A stretch of DNA of 63,940 nt, counting the filler, from Hausera hauseri (Eukaryota): assembly GCA_046269625.1 (NCBI GenBank). It is 12 parts of 12 records of this genome, joined end to end, with 100 filler letters (N's around TTAATTAATTAA, not from the genome) between each part and the next. Parts side by side here need not be neighbours in the genome. Positions count along the whole stretch, not along the records: positions 11,343 to 16,090 come from JBJURY010450912.1; positions 16,191 to 20,613 come from JBJURY010589890.1; positions 20,714 to 24,821 come from JBJURY010757541.1; 9 more parts are not named here. One strand, 5' to 3'. The notes below the pieces were generated by a model, which made no database searches, was not told where the DNA came from, and saw only the letters and a program-made list of their open reading frames with translations. The position numbers and the translations under genes are program-made. Positions 12,642 through 24,921 of this stretch are shown here, in pieces (within the stretch, counting starts at the first letter, position 1; each line of letters starts with the position of its first letter).

Positions 12642-12769
12642 CAGGCCTTTCCGCTATAAATTTTAAATCAATAATATCAAAATGGCACATATACTGGCAT
12701 GTGCAGTACTTGATGTCGTATCGAATGGTGCACAATTCGAGTGTGTTGTTCATTTATTGATGGATGTGC

Positions 12770-13045
12770 AGTAGCACTTTTTCACTTTACACACTTTTGC
12801 AATTGTGTAGTGTAGGATTGATGGAATTGATCGGGATCAAGTGCAGTTAGATAGAGCACATCGAGATGCACCTTGATGGGTGGGGTGCAGTTAAAAAGCA
12901 TGTGTGCAAGTGTGCAAAAATCAATAATATCAATTTTCCGATATTTCCAATATGGATGATTAGCACTCGGGACAGAGTGGAATCGGAAGAAAACATGATG
13001 TAGTATATGAATGTACAGTTAGAATTTAAATTTATTGATTAGTTA
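12770..13045. repeat. Diverged partial tandem copy of the 12206-12641 element interior
   Basis: Shares GATAGAGCACAT.GAGATGCA, TGTGCAAAAATCAATAATAT, GATGATTAGCA and ATGTACAGTTAGAATTTAAAT in the same order. Confidence 0.8.
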
Positions 13046-13759
13046 TTGATTAGTATCGATCGAAATTGCAAATTGATTACTTTTTCAGTGTGATTTAAGC
13101 GTAGGGAAGCAAAATTTGACCAAACATTGAGCGGGGACAGATGGGAAATCGGTTATGTCGAACTCGAATATCAAGTGGAAAATTCGAAATTCCAAAATTT
13201 TAGAGTTCAAAAATCGAAGTTCGAACTATTTGAAAAATCTAATGGCGGGAATTGATTCCTCGTATTAGAAAACCGCCATGTACATAAAAATTATTTCATG
13301 AAAATGTACTATATAGATACAAAATCAATATTTCGAATTAAGCAAAATGTGCATTTAAGGCACATTGAAGTGGAAATCGATAAATCTAATAGCGGGGCTG
13401 GATAGCAGGTCAATTATGCGGAATGTGAATATAATATTAGATGATCGAAAACATTATTCTAACTCGAAGAAATATCGATTTGAACTCGAATATTCGGTGA
13501 AGCGTGCATTATTCGAAGAATCTTATAGATTTAATCGTTTCCTTATGGTTGAAAACCTATTCGATTATGGCGCCACCAGATATTTAAATCATTTGATGCA
13601 TTAAAACAAATGTACAATATGTTGACAATATGAACAATTTACCCAACCATTACAATTATTTCTTTACATGTGTTTTGTTTTACAGCATCAAAATTATTTT
13701 CCACACATGTGTTTTTTGTTTTACTGCATCAAGTATCAAAATTAGACAGTGCGTGCTAA

Positions 13760-13868
13760 CATAGCTATATTTTTTCATTATTTTTAAATTCAGTTCAGAA
13801 ATCACTTCCGAGAATGGTAAGTCTTTTTTTCTTATTTTGTTTACATCAAATAATGGCTTTTGTTTTAG
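13760..13868 (+). promoter_or_regulatory. Putative Pol II core promoter, ATG-only first exon and 52-nt intron of the pPolB gene
   Basis: TATA-like CTATAT (~13765), initiator-like TCAGTT (~13790), ATG 13814-13816, then GTAAGT...TGTTTTAG (13817-13868) ending exactly before the in-frame ATG at 13869. Confidence 0.5.
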
Positions 13869-16010
13869 ATGTGCAAATTGTACGAAGAATGTCTGGCTCA
13901 AATACATGAGCCAGAAACCTGCCATAGCACCACGATTAAATACTATAGCCACATGTTCAATAGAATCCAATACTATACATGTCCTATATGTGAGGTAGTG
14001 TGCAGGACAGTGTACGAGAAATTCTACAACGTACACAAACAACACTTGATATCATTTATCAAGTCGAAGAAAGAAATATTCTATAACAATATGCCAACAA
14101 CGTTTATTGTGTCAAAAGAAAACAAAAAGTGTAGTTCATATATGCATTGCACATGTATAATTCATAACCCCGAGAATTGCTACAGTACTATGAGGATCTA
14201 TTATGGCCACAAATTCAATTGAATCCTTTATTATATTCTCCCAGGATGTGAGACTGTATGTGATGGAGAATACATACAGTTCTATGAAGATAATAAGGAT
14301 CATCTGACAGACTGTGCATCAAAATCCAAGAAGATCATATTTAATGAGCATAGACCAGATGCACAATACACAGTACAGTCCACAGTACAGTCCACAGTGC
14401 AGCCCGCAGTACAGCCCGCAAGAGTAAAACGCCCATCAGGTCCATCAGATGCCTCAGACTCAACAGGTGTAGCGGCTCCACCAAAAAGCCAAAGACAGCA
14501 GCCAGTTGATGGCGCTGCATTAAATAAAAAAGTCCGGAAATATGTCATTGATGCAGTTGGACAAACAACCATCAAGGATTTCCTAGAATATGCAAAGGAA
14601 GAAACAGAGGAGATCCTCCATGGCAATATGACTGAACTCAAGTCCCTTAAGGTTACTATGAAAGTTGAGGCAACATACGTCAGTGTGGAAGTTGAGGAAT
14701 CAATTAGAGCCTTCAAAACCAAAAATATGCCAATATTGGAAAGCACAAATAGAGTTGAATGGCTGCATGAAGAGAACATGAAGCTGATCCGTAAAGCTGA
14801 TGAGAGCCAGAGTAAGAAGAGTGGATTGGCTCTGGCAACCATCAAGAGACTGCTTATATATGTACACAGATATTTCCCCACGCGATGCAGTTTATATATA
14901 CAGCTTCGACAAAAAATCCATGCATCAATAACCATAATGATGGCAACAAGTGCTTCATGTATGCTATTTTATGTCAAATTGTACAGGATCAAAAACATGC
15001 ACCAGATCGAATTTGGTTATACAATGATCTCCAGCAGAACTACGACTTTCAGTGTATTACATTCCCTCCATCCATAGATGAAATCAAGAAGTTCAGCCGC
15101 ACCAACAACATGTCCATCAATATATTTGGATTGGATGAGGAGGACAAATTCTACCCCTTGCAAATATGTGATGCTGAATTGGAATATCATAGGAAACTGC
15201 TCCTACGAGACGATGGTGATAAAAACATTATGTTTGGATAAAGAATTTTGAGCGTCTAGTCAGATCCTAAATAACAAAGATTGAACAGGGAATTTAAATA
15301 TGCAAACGATGCTTGTCTCATTTCAATGGAAAAGAGGCCGTAGACAAACTTAATGAGCACAAGATGTACTGTAACATCAATTATTATGTAAGGCCAGAAT
15401 TTTCCAAAGTGAACTATATCAAATTTAAGGAATTTGAGAAGAAAATCAAAATCCCAATTGTCATCTATTGTGACTTTGAGGCAATTCTCAGACCAGTGTA
15501 TACATGCAGTCCCAATTCTCAACATAGCAGTACAACGGCATACCAATACCATGAACTATCATCGTATTGTATGTATGCCAAAGGATTTGACAATGAACCA
15601 TATCTATTTAGGAGTCCAGGTGCAGCATCACATTTCATAATGAGACGTGAAGACATGGATCATAAGCTGAAAAAGATGCTACAACAATATGAGGACGACA
15701 TGAGCATGTCTTGAATACAAGAAAAAAAATGGCGAAAGGCAGCATCATGCTACTTGTGCGACAAGTCCTTAACCAAGGAAAATTGGAAAGTTAAATATTA
15801 CTGCCATTTTACAGGCACATATCGGGGTGCGGCTGTAACAACTGCAATCTACGATGCAACACATGCAGACATGTGCCTGTGGTATTCCAGAATCTTAGTG
15901 GCTATGACAGCCACTTCATAGTCCGAGAATTTGGCAACATTAAAGGAAACATTGAGGTAATCCCCAATAGTGAGGAGAAATATATTACTTTCACTAAGCA
16001 TGTTAGTACG
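13814..16010 (+). pseudogene. Polinton/Maverick protein-primed DNA polymerase B, N-terminal part
   Basis: INNHNDGNKCFMYAIL, FPPSIDEIKKF..NNMSINIFG, HYVWIKN, PIVIYCDFE (Exo I), CYLCDK..CHFTGTYRGA (endonuclease-VII-like insert), PVVFQNLSGYDSHFI (Exo II), IPNSEEKYITF. Several stops and frameshifts. Confidence 0.92.
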
Positions 16011-16190
16011 AGGAAAGAAGTCCACCAGATCAGACCCCCCCCCTCCGCGGAAAGAAAGCATTGAGCGTGGGAAAATTTTCGGACCGTGGGNNNNNNNNNN
16101 NNNNNNNNNNNNNNNNNNNNNNNNNNNNNNNNNNTTAATTAATTAANNNNNNNNNNNNNNNNNNNNNNNNNNNNNNNNNNNNNNNNNNNN

Positions 16191-16587
16191 AAAACCAATC
16201 AATCGATTTAAATTCTAACTGCACATTCATATACAACATCAAGTGCACTTGCGATTGCACCCGGTCTTGAGCCCCAAAGATCGATTTTTGAAAACTCGAA
16301 GATCCAATATTATTGATTTTTGCACACTTGCACATGTGCTGCACACTTGCACTGTGCACCAATGAATGCATCTTGATGTACTCTATCGATTAGCACTTTG
16401 TCCCGATCGATTCGACCAATAGTGCACTGTGCAGCGATAGATGAGTGAAAAGTGCAAAGCGCTCTTGGCAACGGTGCCTGGCAGCACCGTTGCTAGGCAA
16501 TTTGTGGATCGATAGTGCAAAGTGTGCACTATCGATTGGCACATGTGCAAAATCGATTTATCGATTACCCCCTGGAGTGGGACCGAA
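16191..16587 (-). repeat. Inverted copy of the 12206-12641 element
   Basis: Collinear reverse-complement similarity across ~400 nt. Hairpin GCAACGGTGC-N6-GCACCGTTGC. Ends in GTGGGACCGAA. Confidence 0.85.
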
Positions 16588-16589
16588 AG

Positions 16590-19500
16590 CATATTTCTTT
16601 ATACTCAGATAAGGTGACCACAAAACCCCAATCCATTGTCTACTATCCAAAATCAAACCATCTAACTCCTTCAACCGATACTAGCTTTTCTCACAAAACC
16701 CCTACAATTACACATTCTCATTGGTCTGAATACTTTACAGACAATGAAAACTCTAGTAAGACTTGGCTAAACTTCCATCAACTTTGGCTACAATCCAACA
16801 GCATTACCGACTCGTTAACCAAAGCCCATAATCTACTGTACCTTCTACCAAACTTCATGAATACCTCAATCCATAACTTATTGGACATCTTTCAACATCC
16901 TGACCCTTATACACAATTGTTCAATGCTGTATTAAAACTAACAGAACCACCAATTGACTCTATAATACAACGATTCTTTAATGAAAACGCAATGGGGACA
17001 CAAAAACCTAGTGATTTCTTACGCACCGCGTTGGCCCACTTACGTACCCTGGGTGTCACCAAGGAACACAATCCGGATTTACTCCGCCGATATTTCCTTA
17101 ATGCTTTACCCATTTAAATTAGAGCTTTACTTACTGTTGTTGAAGATTCTACAGCTTTAGATAAACTAGCTGAATTGGCCGATAAAGCACAGGAGTTTTA
17201 CAATTACAATCACAACCCATCATATCAGCCGCAATCACGACCGACGATAGTCAGCGACATACATATATCGAACACCAATTGTACCAATTACGAGCCGAAA
17301 ATGCGGCACTACAACATACAATCAGTAGCATCAATGATAAGCTGAATGACCTTTCCTCACATTGACGAAATTTTTCCTCCCCTCATCGAACGCGTTCTCT
17401 TTCCAGAAATCGAACGCCGTCACCAACGTGGTCATTTATATGTTATTGTCATATCAAATTTAATAACAAAGCAAATAAGTGCTGTTTAGGGTGTAGTTAT
17501 TATTTCTCGCATCTACAGTCAGATAACGTTGTTTGCATGTATCATGCAAAATTTGGATCTAATGCTCGGAATTGTATTTCAGGCTGTAACTATAAATCTA
17601 ACCATAATTACACGACTTATAGACGTTCCAGTTTCTCTAACAATAACCGTCCTAACTCACCAATCCAAAAAATCATTTAGCTGCCAGTATTCACACAAAA
17701 TCTGGGAAAGGAAACTTACCTAATTATTTTTGCTACACACTTTTGCAGTCTTTACACTAAAAGCTGCTATCTCTACTTCTAACATTTAATTCATAGACTT
17801 TCTCATCGATATCGGTGCAGCGATCTTATTACTACCACTTTCTTTTCCAGTTCAGCATTCTTCACTTAAAACAAAACCGTTATACACCACGTCCGGTCAA
17901 CTCCTTTATATTGCCGGAACTCGAAAATTATCTTTCACTCTCCTAAAATTTTCCTTACAATTTCATTGGACGTTTACAGTCGCTAACGTCCAGGCGGCAA
18001 TACTTTGCTCTGATTTCCTGTCGTACTATAATTTGCTAGTCTATTGTAACCAACGATGACTAAAATTAAATACACCTGAAGACTGTAGTACAGAAATAGG
18101 AAGCAGCCCGACGACAGCACAACCAACGGTAAGTAGACAATCAATCTTAAAACAGTCAACGCAACATCCTAATTCTTTCAACTATCACGTTTTACCTTGT
18201 AAGCTGTCAAAGGACAATGCCGATAGTCCGTCACAGCTCAGTGTCGACACTCACAATCTTGTATCTTCAGTAAAATCATTGAACAACAACATTTACTCAA
18301 ATAAGGTCTCAGACGCGACCATTCTACATCAAACTCCACTCGATTCCCCACCAACAATCAATTAACATTCACCAAGTACTGCTAGCAACCTTGGTTCATT
18401 GTCACTTCCAGTATTCCAGTAACTACCCGTACGTTTACAAAAATTCATCAATACTCGTACCCCTGTAAATGGCATTTACCACCATATAATTACACGACAC
18501 CAAAGACCAATTTGACAAAAGGTCCGTCCATTTTCACCGCGTCGCAGGCAGGCAGTAGAGGCGGAATTTTTTGAACTAAAACAATCCCCATGGTATTCGC
18601 CTTTCCATGTTGTGCAAAAAAGATGAATCCTTCCGACTATGGGGCGATTACCACCAGCTTAATACTTTAACCATAATGGATGCACATCCACTACCATTAA
18701 TCAAAACATATTACATCGGCTTAATATTACTATGGTTTATTCAACAATTTATTTAGCCAAAGCTTACCACCAAATTCCTGTCGCACCGAAATACATCGAG
18801 AAAACTTCAGTCACCACACGTTTCAATCTTTATGAGTACTTGTGCATGCCTTTCGGTCTCCGGAATGCTGCGCAGACTTTTCAGCGACACGTTGACTCAA
18901 TCCTTTTAGACTTCCCTCTTGCACACCCATATATTGACGATATCTTGGTTGCTTCTCCTTCTGTTAAACAACACGAGGAACACCTACGATCTATTTTTAA
19001 ACGACTTAATCAATTCAACCTACAGATTAATTTTGCAAAATATAACTTCTTCCAAAAACGCGTTAATTTTCTTGGGCATATTATCTTATCAAACGACCAT
19101 TCTCCTCAGCCTGATAGAGTTAAGATTCTTAAAAACGTGCATCAACATCGCAGTAGGTGCCGTACTACACCAGTTGTACAAAGGCGAAAATCAGCCCCTA
19201 GAATTCTTTTCCCGAAAATTAACGCCACAAGAAACTAAATATTCAACTTTCAATTGGGAACTGCTGGCAATCGTTCTTGCTTAAGACATTTTTCCATTTA
19301 CTTACAGCTCGTCATTTTGTTATGCAAACTGATCACAAACCGTTGATTAATATATTGGCAGTGAAACACCCTTAAACTCGACAAAAACGACAAATTTCCT
19401 ATTTTTCCACATTTAACTTCGACATTAAACACATTGACGATGTTGATAATTTAGTTGCCGATTTCTTATCTAAATCAGTCGGTTTAATTAATTTTTCACC

Positions 19501-20205
19501 AATTTTTACTCAGACAAAACTTCAAAAAAATCAGCCATCTCAATATATTCTCAAGTCGTTCAAGTCTCATCACGTCGTTGATGGCGTGGTCTTAGATACT
19601 TCCAAACCAGAACAATCCAAAATAATTCTTGCCCCAACTTTACAGAAAAAGCATTTGATAACGTACATTCATTACATCATCCTGGCGCCAAGGAAACTTT
19701 TCGCTTACTTCAACGTCAAGTAGTTTGGCCGTCGATGCGCTCCGATGTGCAAGCATGGGTTAAAGGGTACGTGGTTTGTCAGAAATATAAAACTATAAAA
19801 CATTTAAAACCACCATTAAACCACTTCCCCTGCACATCACGTTTCGAAATAGTACATAGTGATATCGTCGGTCCCCTCCCAATAGACAACGGCCATTAAT
19901 TTATTCTGACAATGATAGACCGTTCCTCTCGATGGCCAGAAGCCATCCCACTGCGGAACACAAACACCGATACAATGGCTGATACTTTCATTCGTACGTG
20001 GATTATTAGGTTCAGTTCCCCTCGTTATATCATCTTAGATCAAGGTCCTCAATTTGAATCAGATCTGTTCAAATCCCTAATCAATTGATTGGGAGTAAGT
20101 CATATTCATACAACGCCTTACCATCCCCAATCGAATGGCCTTCTCGATCGTTTCCACCGAACATTGAAAACATTACTCAAAATATTACTAGAAAACAACA
20201 GACAA
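16590..20205 (+). mobile_element. Ty3/Gypsy (CsRn1-like) retrotransposon gag-PR-RT-RH-IN, degenerate, with an internal deletion
   Basis: Gag KPSDFL..RRYFLNALP..LAELADKA with CX2HX9CX3C knuckles. Protease FLIDIGAA (17808). RT MPFGLRNAAQTFQR, YIDD. Jump from LKNV to (D)ASNIAVGAVLHQ at ~19138. IN DIVGPLP, DQGPQFES, PYHPQSNGLLDRFHRTLK. Confidence 0.95.
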
Positions 20206-20880
20206 TGCATAAATAACATTAAGCCTAGTACAATGTTTTATACATTAACAGGAAAAAGTGCAAAACATTGATAGAATAGTAACACTCCGCACTTATCAAA
20301 AGTGGGTTGAAAGGTTTGTTGGATGTTCTTCAGTTTCCAGAACATCTCCAGAGTGAGATAAGAAGGAAGAAGAGACGAGCAGACCACCCTAAACCTCCTT
20401 CACGGTTTTAAAATGTAGCAGCTGCTTCAGCTGTTGTGCAAATCAAATGCATACTGGACCTTTTAATGATCACAGGATTTAGTACAAGAAACGAAGTACA
20501 ATGTTTTATGTATGTTTGCTTGAATTTGTGCCTATTTGATTATTTTTTTTACTTTTCCTTTGCAAACCAGCCTTTAAAATAAGTCGGGCAAAGTTTAAAA
20601 AAAAAAGTGTTTTNNNNNNNNNNNNNNNNNNNNNNNNNNNNNNNNNNNNNNNNNNNNTTAATTAATTAANNNNNNNNNNNNNNNNNNNNNNNNNNNNNNN
20701 NNNNNNNNNNNNNAATTCGTGGGTTCCAGCCGACTGCAGTCGACGTTGGCCGTAGGCTGCTGGTGTCGGCTACATAAACGGCTGTGAAATGGGCCGGTCT
20801 AGCCTACAGAAGACGCGAGTTTGCGTGAACACGCTCTGCGTCGTTACCATGGTGATACGTTTCCAAACCAGCGGGGAAAC

Positions 20881-22016
20881 ATGGAGCCTGAAAAAGCGAT
20901 GGTAATTTTTCTAGTTTCTTTCATTTCTCGAAGAGCTAATCATTTTTCTTCGACGTCGCAATCATTTCATTTATTTCAGGCTGACAGCAGACTGCAACAA
21001 GGTAAGAAAAGTTTAGGCTTGATTTTTTTCACTACACGTATTAAAGCATTGATGCTAGCTTACCTTCAACGAAATCTAGCAGCAAACATCATAGTTGCTT
21101 TTATGTTTGGTTCATTTGTTTATCTCAAAAAGCATCAAAAATGAACTGAAACGCATGTAACTTTACTTTATCAACTAGTTTCAGAATAGTAAATGCTTAT
21201 TTACCATTTTAAAACGCATGTAACTTATCAACTAGTTTCAGAAAATTGATCTTAAATGTAAGTAATAGGTATACTTGTTTTAGTTACATTTAAATGTGTC
21301 AAATATGTGTCTACTCATTATAGTGACATTAAAATGTAACTACTTCTTGTAATGTACTTGTACTTGTTACATTTAAATGTCACTAAAATAATTAGGGACA
21401 TTAAACGTAACTCTGGCCCTATCCTTATTCCTAATTATGAGAAAATTAGGGCCAGAATATCATCTATATATATATATATATATATAAAATAAGAAGTGAA
21501 TGTTCTGATGTATTTTCTTTCTTCTTTACAGATAAAGCCACAGTACTCCAGATTAAATGTAACTGTTCCAGTGCTCCAAGCATTTATTACTGAGCAGGAC
21601 AGCAGAACTGACTTCAGGCTGAGCAGAGTCCCTGGCAGTGCTGATGAACAAGTTCAACAGAGACCGTGGACCGGCGCTGTATTATAGAGCTGTATTATAG
21701 AGCGTGCCTTTGGGATGATGAGAAGCAGGTTTAGAGCCATCTTCCTGCAAACACTGGAGGTACACCACACCTTCACCCCTCATGTAAGACCTTATAATAT
21801 ATAGTAATTAATATATAAATAAAGGTTTGATCAATTATGACAGTTGTTTACAGTAACAAATTGTACATTTTCAGGTCATAACAGCATGTACTGTCCTCCA
21901 TAACATCTGCCTTGGGGCTGGTGACATCATGGCCCCTGAGGATGAGGGGGAGGCTGACCAGATAGCTGCAGGTGGGGCTGTCTGGAGGAGCCACCAGTCA
22001 ACCATGACTATTGTTG
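20881..22016 (+). pseudogene. Harbinger transposase (HARBI1-like) exons, catalytic core deleted
   Basis: Exon 2 VPVLQAF..DFRLSR jumps to IIERAFGMMRSRFRAIF..LEV. Exon 3 VITACTVLHNIC. Introns start GTAAG (21002, 21784). Confidence 0.85.
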
Positions 22017-22461
22017 AGGCAAGTAAAACACACAGCAGCAACTGATGTTATTTAAAATGTTCTATTAGTAACACTTTCTTCAATCATTTTAGTGACATGG
22101 CAGCCGTCGAGTCTGCCAGCCCTGTCAGCCCGGCTCGTGGACAAAGCGGTGGACAGTGGACCGATGGGAGGTCAACGGCTCTGCAGTCCACCCCAGAAGA
22201 TGTCCTGCTGAGGAGGGACACCAGGGTCATCTGTGGTGGCAGCCCATCACTTCATCAGCACTGTCAGGGACTCTCTGCTAGTTATTTGTTTTTGTTCTGT
22301 TTAAATTGTTTTATGTAATATTTATTTCTTTACAAAATAATAAAACAAACTGTAAATAATTCAACAGTTTCAATAGTTTCTCAATGACCACTTCAATTAC
22401 ATTTTGTTACAATTTCTTTATTTGAACTTAATATACAAAATGATAACATTAACATAACAAA

Positions 22462-23830
22462 TCAACATTTTACATGAACATGTCTTCCCTCATTAAGTCC
22501 ATAAACTCTTCCTCCCTGTCTCTTCTCCTCCTCCTCCTCCTCCTCCTCCTCCTCAGCAGCAGCAGCTTCTTGACCCCCCACTGCAGAGCTCGGCCCTGGT
22601 CTGTCCTCAGGAATAGAGGCAATTAGGACAGGGGGGTTAATTGAATGCCTCTGTCCCAACACCTCATCCATGAGGACAAACCAGGACCAGGTTTCTGCAG
22701 TGGGTTTGCTGCCAGCTCCCTCACCTGACCCTGGATATTTGCAATCCTAAAACATAAAATCATTCATGACAGCAAAGAAAATATGAGTAAAGTTTTTGTG
22801 TTGAAATGGGATCATTTGGAACCAGTTACAAAAATAATTGAAAACATACTTTGTATATATATATTTTTTTTTTCCAAATGGTCCCACTTCTCTTTAGCTT
22901 GCAAGACTGTTACACTTCCTTACAAGCCCATTTCCTCCAGAACTGCACTAATAACAAAAAGGGCAACATGTTAGTGGTAGGATAAAGAAAAGCTTCTGTC
23001 AGCAGACTGTACAGTCTTAAAAATACTATCAGAAATGCAACAAAACAGCAATATGTGGAAAATAGTTGTTTTGCTATGTGGGAGTCCATATTCCAAAGCT
23101 CTAAATTATATTTTTTATACTGTATTTATTTATAACACAGGTGTAAGCCCATTATAACATTACTTATATCTTTTTATACTGTATTTATTTATAACACAGG
23201 TGTAAGCCCATTATAACATTACTTATATCTTTTTATACTGTATTTATNNNNNNNNNNNNNNNNNNNNNNNNNNNNNNNNNNNNNNNNNNNNNNNNNNNNN
23301 NNNNNNNNNNNNNNNNNNNNNNNNNNNNNNNNNNNNNNNNNNNNNNNTTATAACACAGGTGTATGCCCATTATAACATTACTTATATCCAAGCTGAGGTT
23401 GCTGAGTGTTTAGCTCCTGTGAACATCTCTTGAGGCTCTCAGCCGGATAAATTCATCTGTTTTCTCCTTTCTCCCTAAAAATAAATATATATAATGTGAT
23501 ATTATTGTTATATCATCACCAATATAAATGTACACAAGTGAAATATGTTGGAAAAAACGTGTTTTTAAGGGATGGATAACTTTACTATTTTTAAAAACCT
23601 AACAAGTAAATACACAAAACGATTAAATGATTAAAACGATGTCTGCTAACTGTACCTAGCAAAATAAGCCAATAAAGTTAGATGCCTGAACAAAAACTAT
23701 ATAAACAATCCAGTTACTTTGTCCTAGCTTTATGTTGTAATTAACGCGTACAAATAAAAATAAACAATGACATTTAACTGTTTAAAATTACCTGACTTTG
23801 CACCGTAGTTTCTTGTTCCGTCATCTTGGG
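22462..23830 (-). pseudogene. Harbinger Myb/SANT-like DNA-binding protein, multi-exon
   Basis: Exons TDEFIRLRA..FTGAKHSATSAW, MGL.G.VT.LQAK.KWD and DCKYPGSGEG...TWSWFVLMDEVLGQRHSINPPVLIAS, followed by poly-E. Confidence 0.8.
23112..23388. repeat. 59-bp tandem repeat spanning a 100-N scaffold gap (23248-23347)
   Basis: Unit TTTTTATACTGTATTTATTTATAACACAGGTGTAAGCCCATTATAACATTACTTATATC, more than 2 copies left of the gap and a partial copy right of it. Confidence 0.9.
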
Positions 23831-24241
23831 GCTATTGCATTTAAAAAAACTTTAGAACGCATGCGCAGTGTCAATCGATTCGATCAGTGCTCCACTACCC
23901 AGCCTGTGACCCCGTGACGTAAGGCTACTGTTATGATTCGTATTCTCATAGAAATAATTTGTATTCTCAAACGATCATTGCACTTTGTATTCATAAAATT
24001 GAAATAACAAATGTAAACTTGAAATTTGTATTTATAAGCTATGAAGTTGTAAGTTTTAAAACTGTATTTCTATGGTTTTTTTGAGATTTCAAATATTTAT
24101 GAGTTTACAAATTTTAATGTTGCACAACTTCTGATTAATATGAACACAACTATGCTTTTGGACATACGTTTTTTATGACAGTTTCCTTACCTCATAGTTT
24201 ACCATTTCAAGTCACGGCGTAGGCTCGTCTTGCAAAATATC

Positions 24242-24821
24242 TTATCCCTCGTCCCCAACAGTGGACAGGAACGTCTCCACCTCAGCTGGTGTTGAAAAAA
24301 GTTTAAATCCCCCTCCATGTCGGATCCTCAGTTTAGCAGGATATCGGCTGGCATGTTCAACATTTTTCTCTCGTAGTTTTTTCTTCACCTCGTTAAAAGC
24401 CATCATCTTGCGTTGCACCTCCATGCTGTAGTCTGGGTAAAAGGAGACTCGATTATTATCCAAATGAACAGATCCCTTGTCTCTGGCCAGACGAAGCACC
24501 TTGTCTTTGTCCCTGAAGTTCAGAAACTTCACCAGGATGGGTCTGATGCGCCCCGACGCTCTCCCCAGGCGGTGTGCCCTCTCGATGCTAACCGGGTTTG
24601 GGAAGTGTTCCTCCCCAAGGAGCCGCGGGATTAGCCGTTCAACATGATCAACCATGTCTGTACCTTCTGACTTTTCTGGGATGTTTATGATTTTGACGTT
24701 TGACCTCCCGCTCCGGTTTTCCAAGTCGTCCGTTTTCTCCTTCAGGAAAGTTATTTCCTTCTCCATTTTAAGTGTGCGTGCTTGTGCATCAGAGAGGTTG
24801 TCTTCCTTAGCTCCAATTCTG
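24242..24821 (-). CDS. LINE-1-clade ORF1p (coiled coil, RRM, CTD), 5' partial, fish-type
   Basis: DDLENRSGRSNVKIINIPE, IERAHR, RPILVKFLNF.DK..VL, FYPDYS.EV, YPAKLRI. Confidence 0.92.
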
Positions 24822-24921
24822 NNNNNNNNNNNNNNNNNNNNNNNNNNNNNNNNNNNNNNNNNNNNTTAATTAATTAANNNNNNNNNNNNNNNNNNNNNNN
24901 NNNNNNNNNNNNNNNNNNNNN

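Larger units (their letters stand above)
20714..23905. mobile_element. PIF/Harbinger DNA transposon (fish-type), internally deleted
   Basis: Convergent transposase (+) and Myb/SANT-like (-) genes with GT-AG introns, the canonical Harbinger layout. Termini are uncertain. Confidence 0.8.

Noticed and set aside
12206-13045. CRISPR-like or regularly spaced repeat array
   Set aside because: No constant-length repeat/spacer periodicity and no cas genes. It is a diverged ~400-nt eukaryotic repeat.
14300-14935. 211-aa minus-strand ORF (and similar shadows such as 51986-52420, 52146-52661, 54725-55330)
   Set aside because: These are antisense or off-frame shadows of recognisable coding regions or low-complexity tracts, with no motifs.
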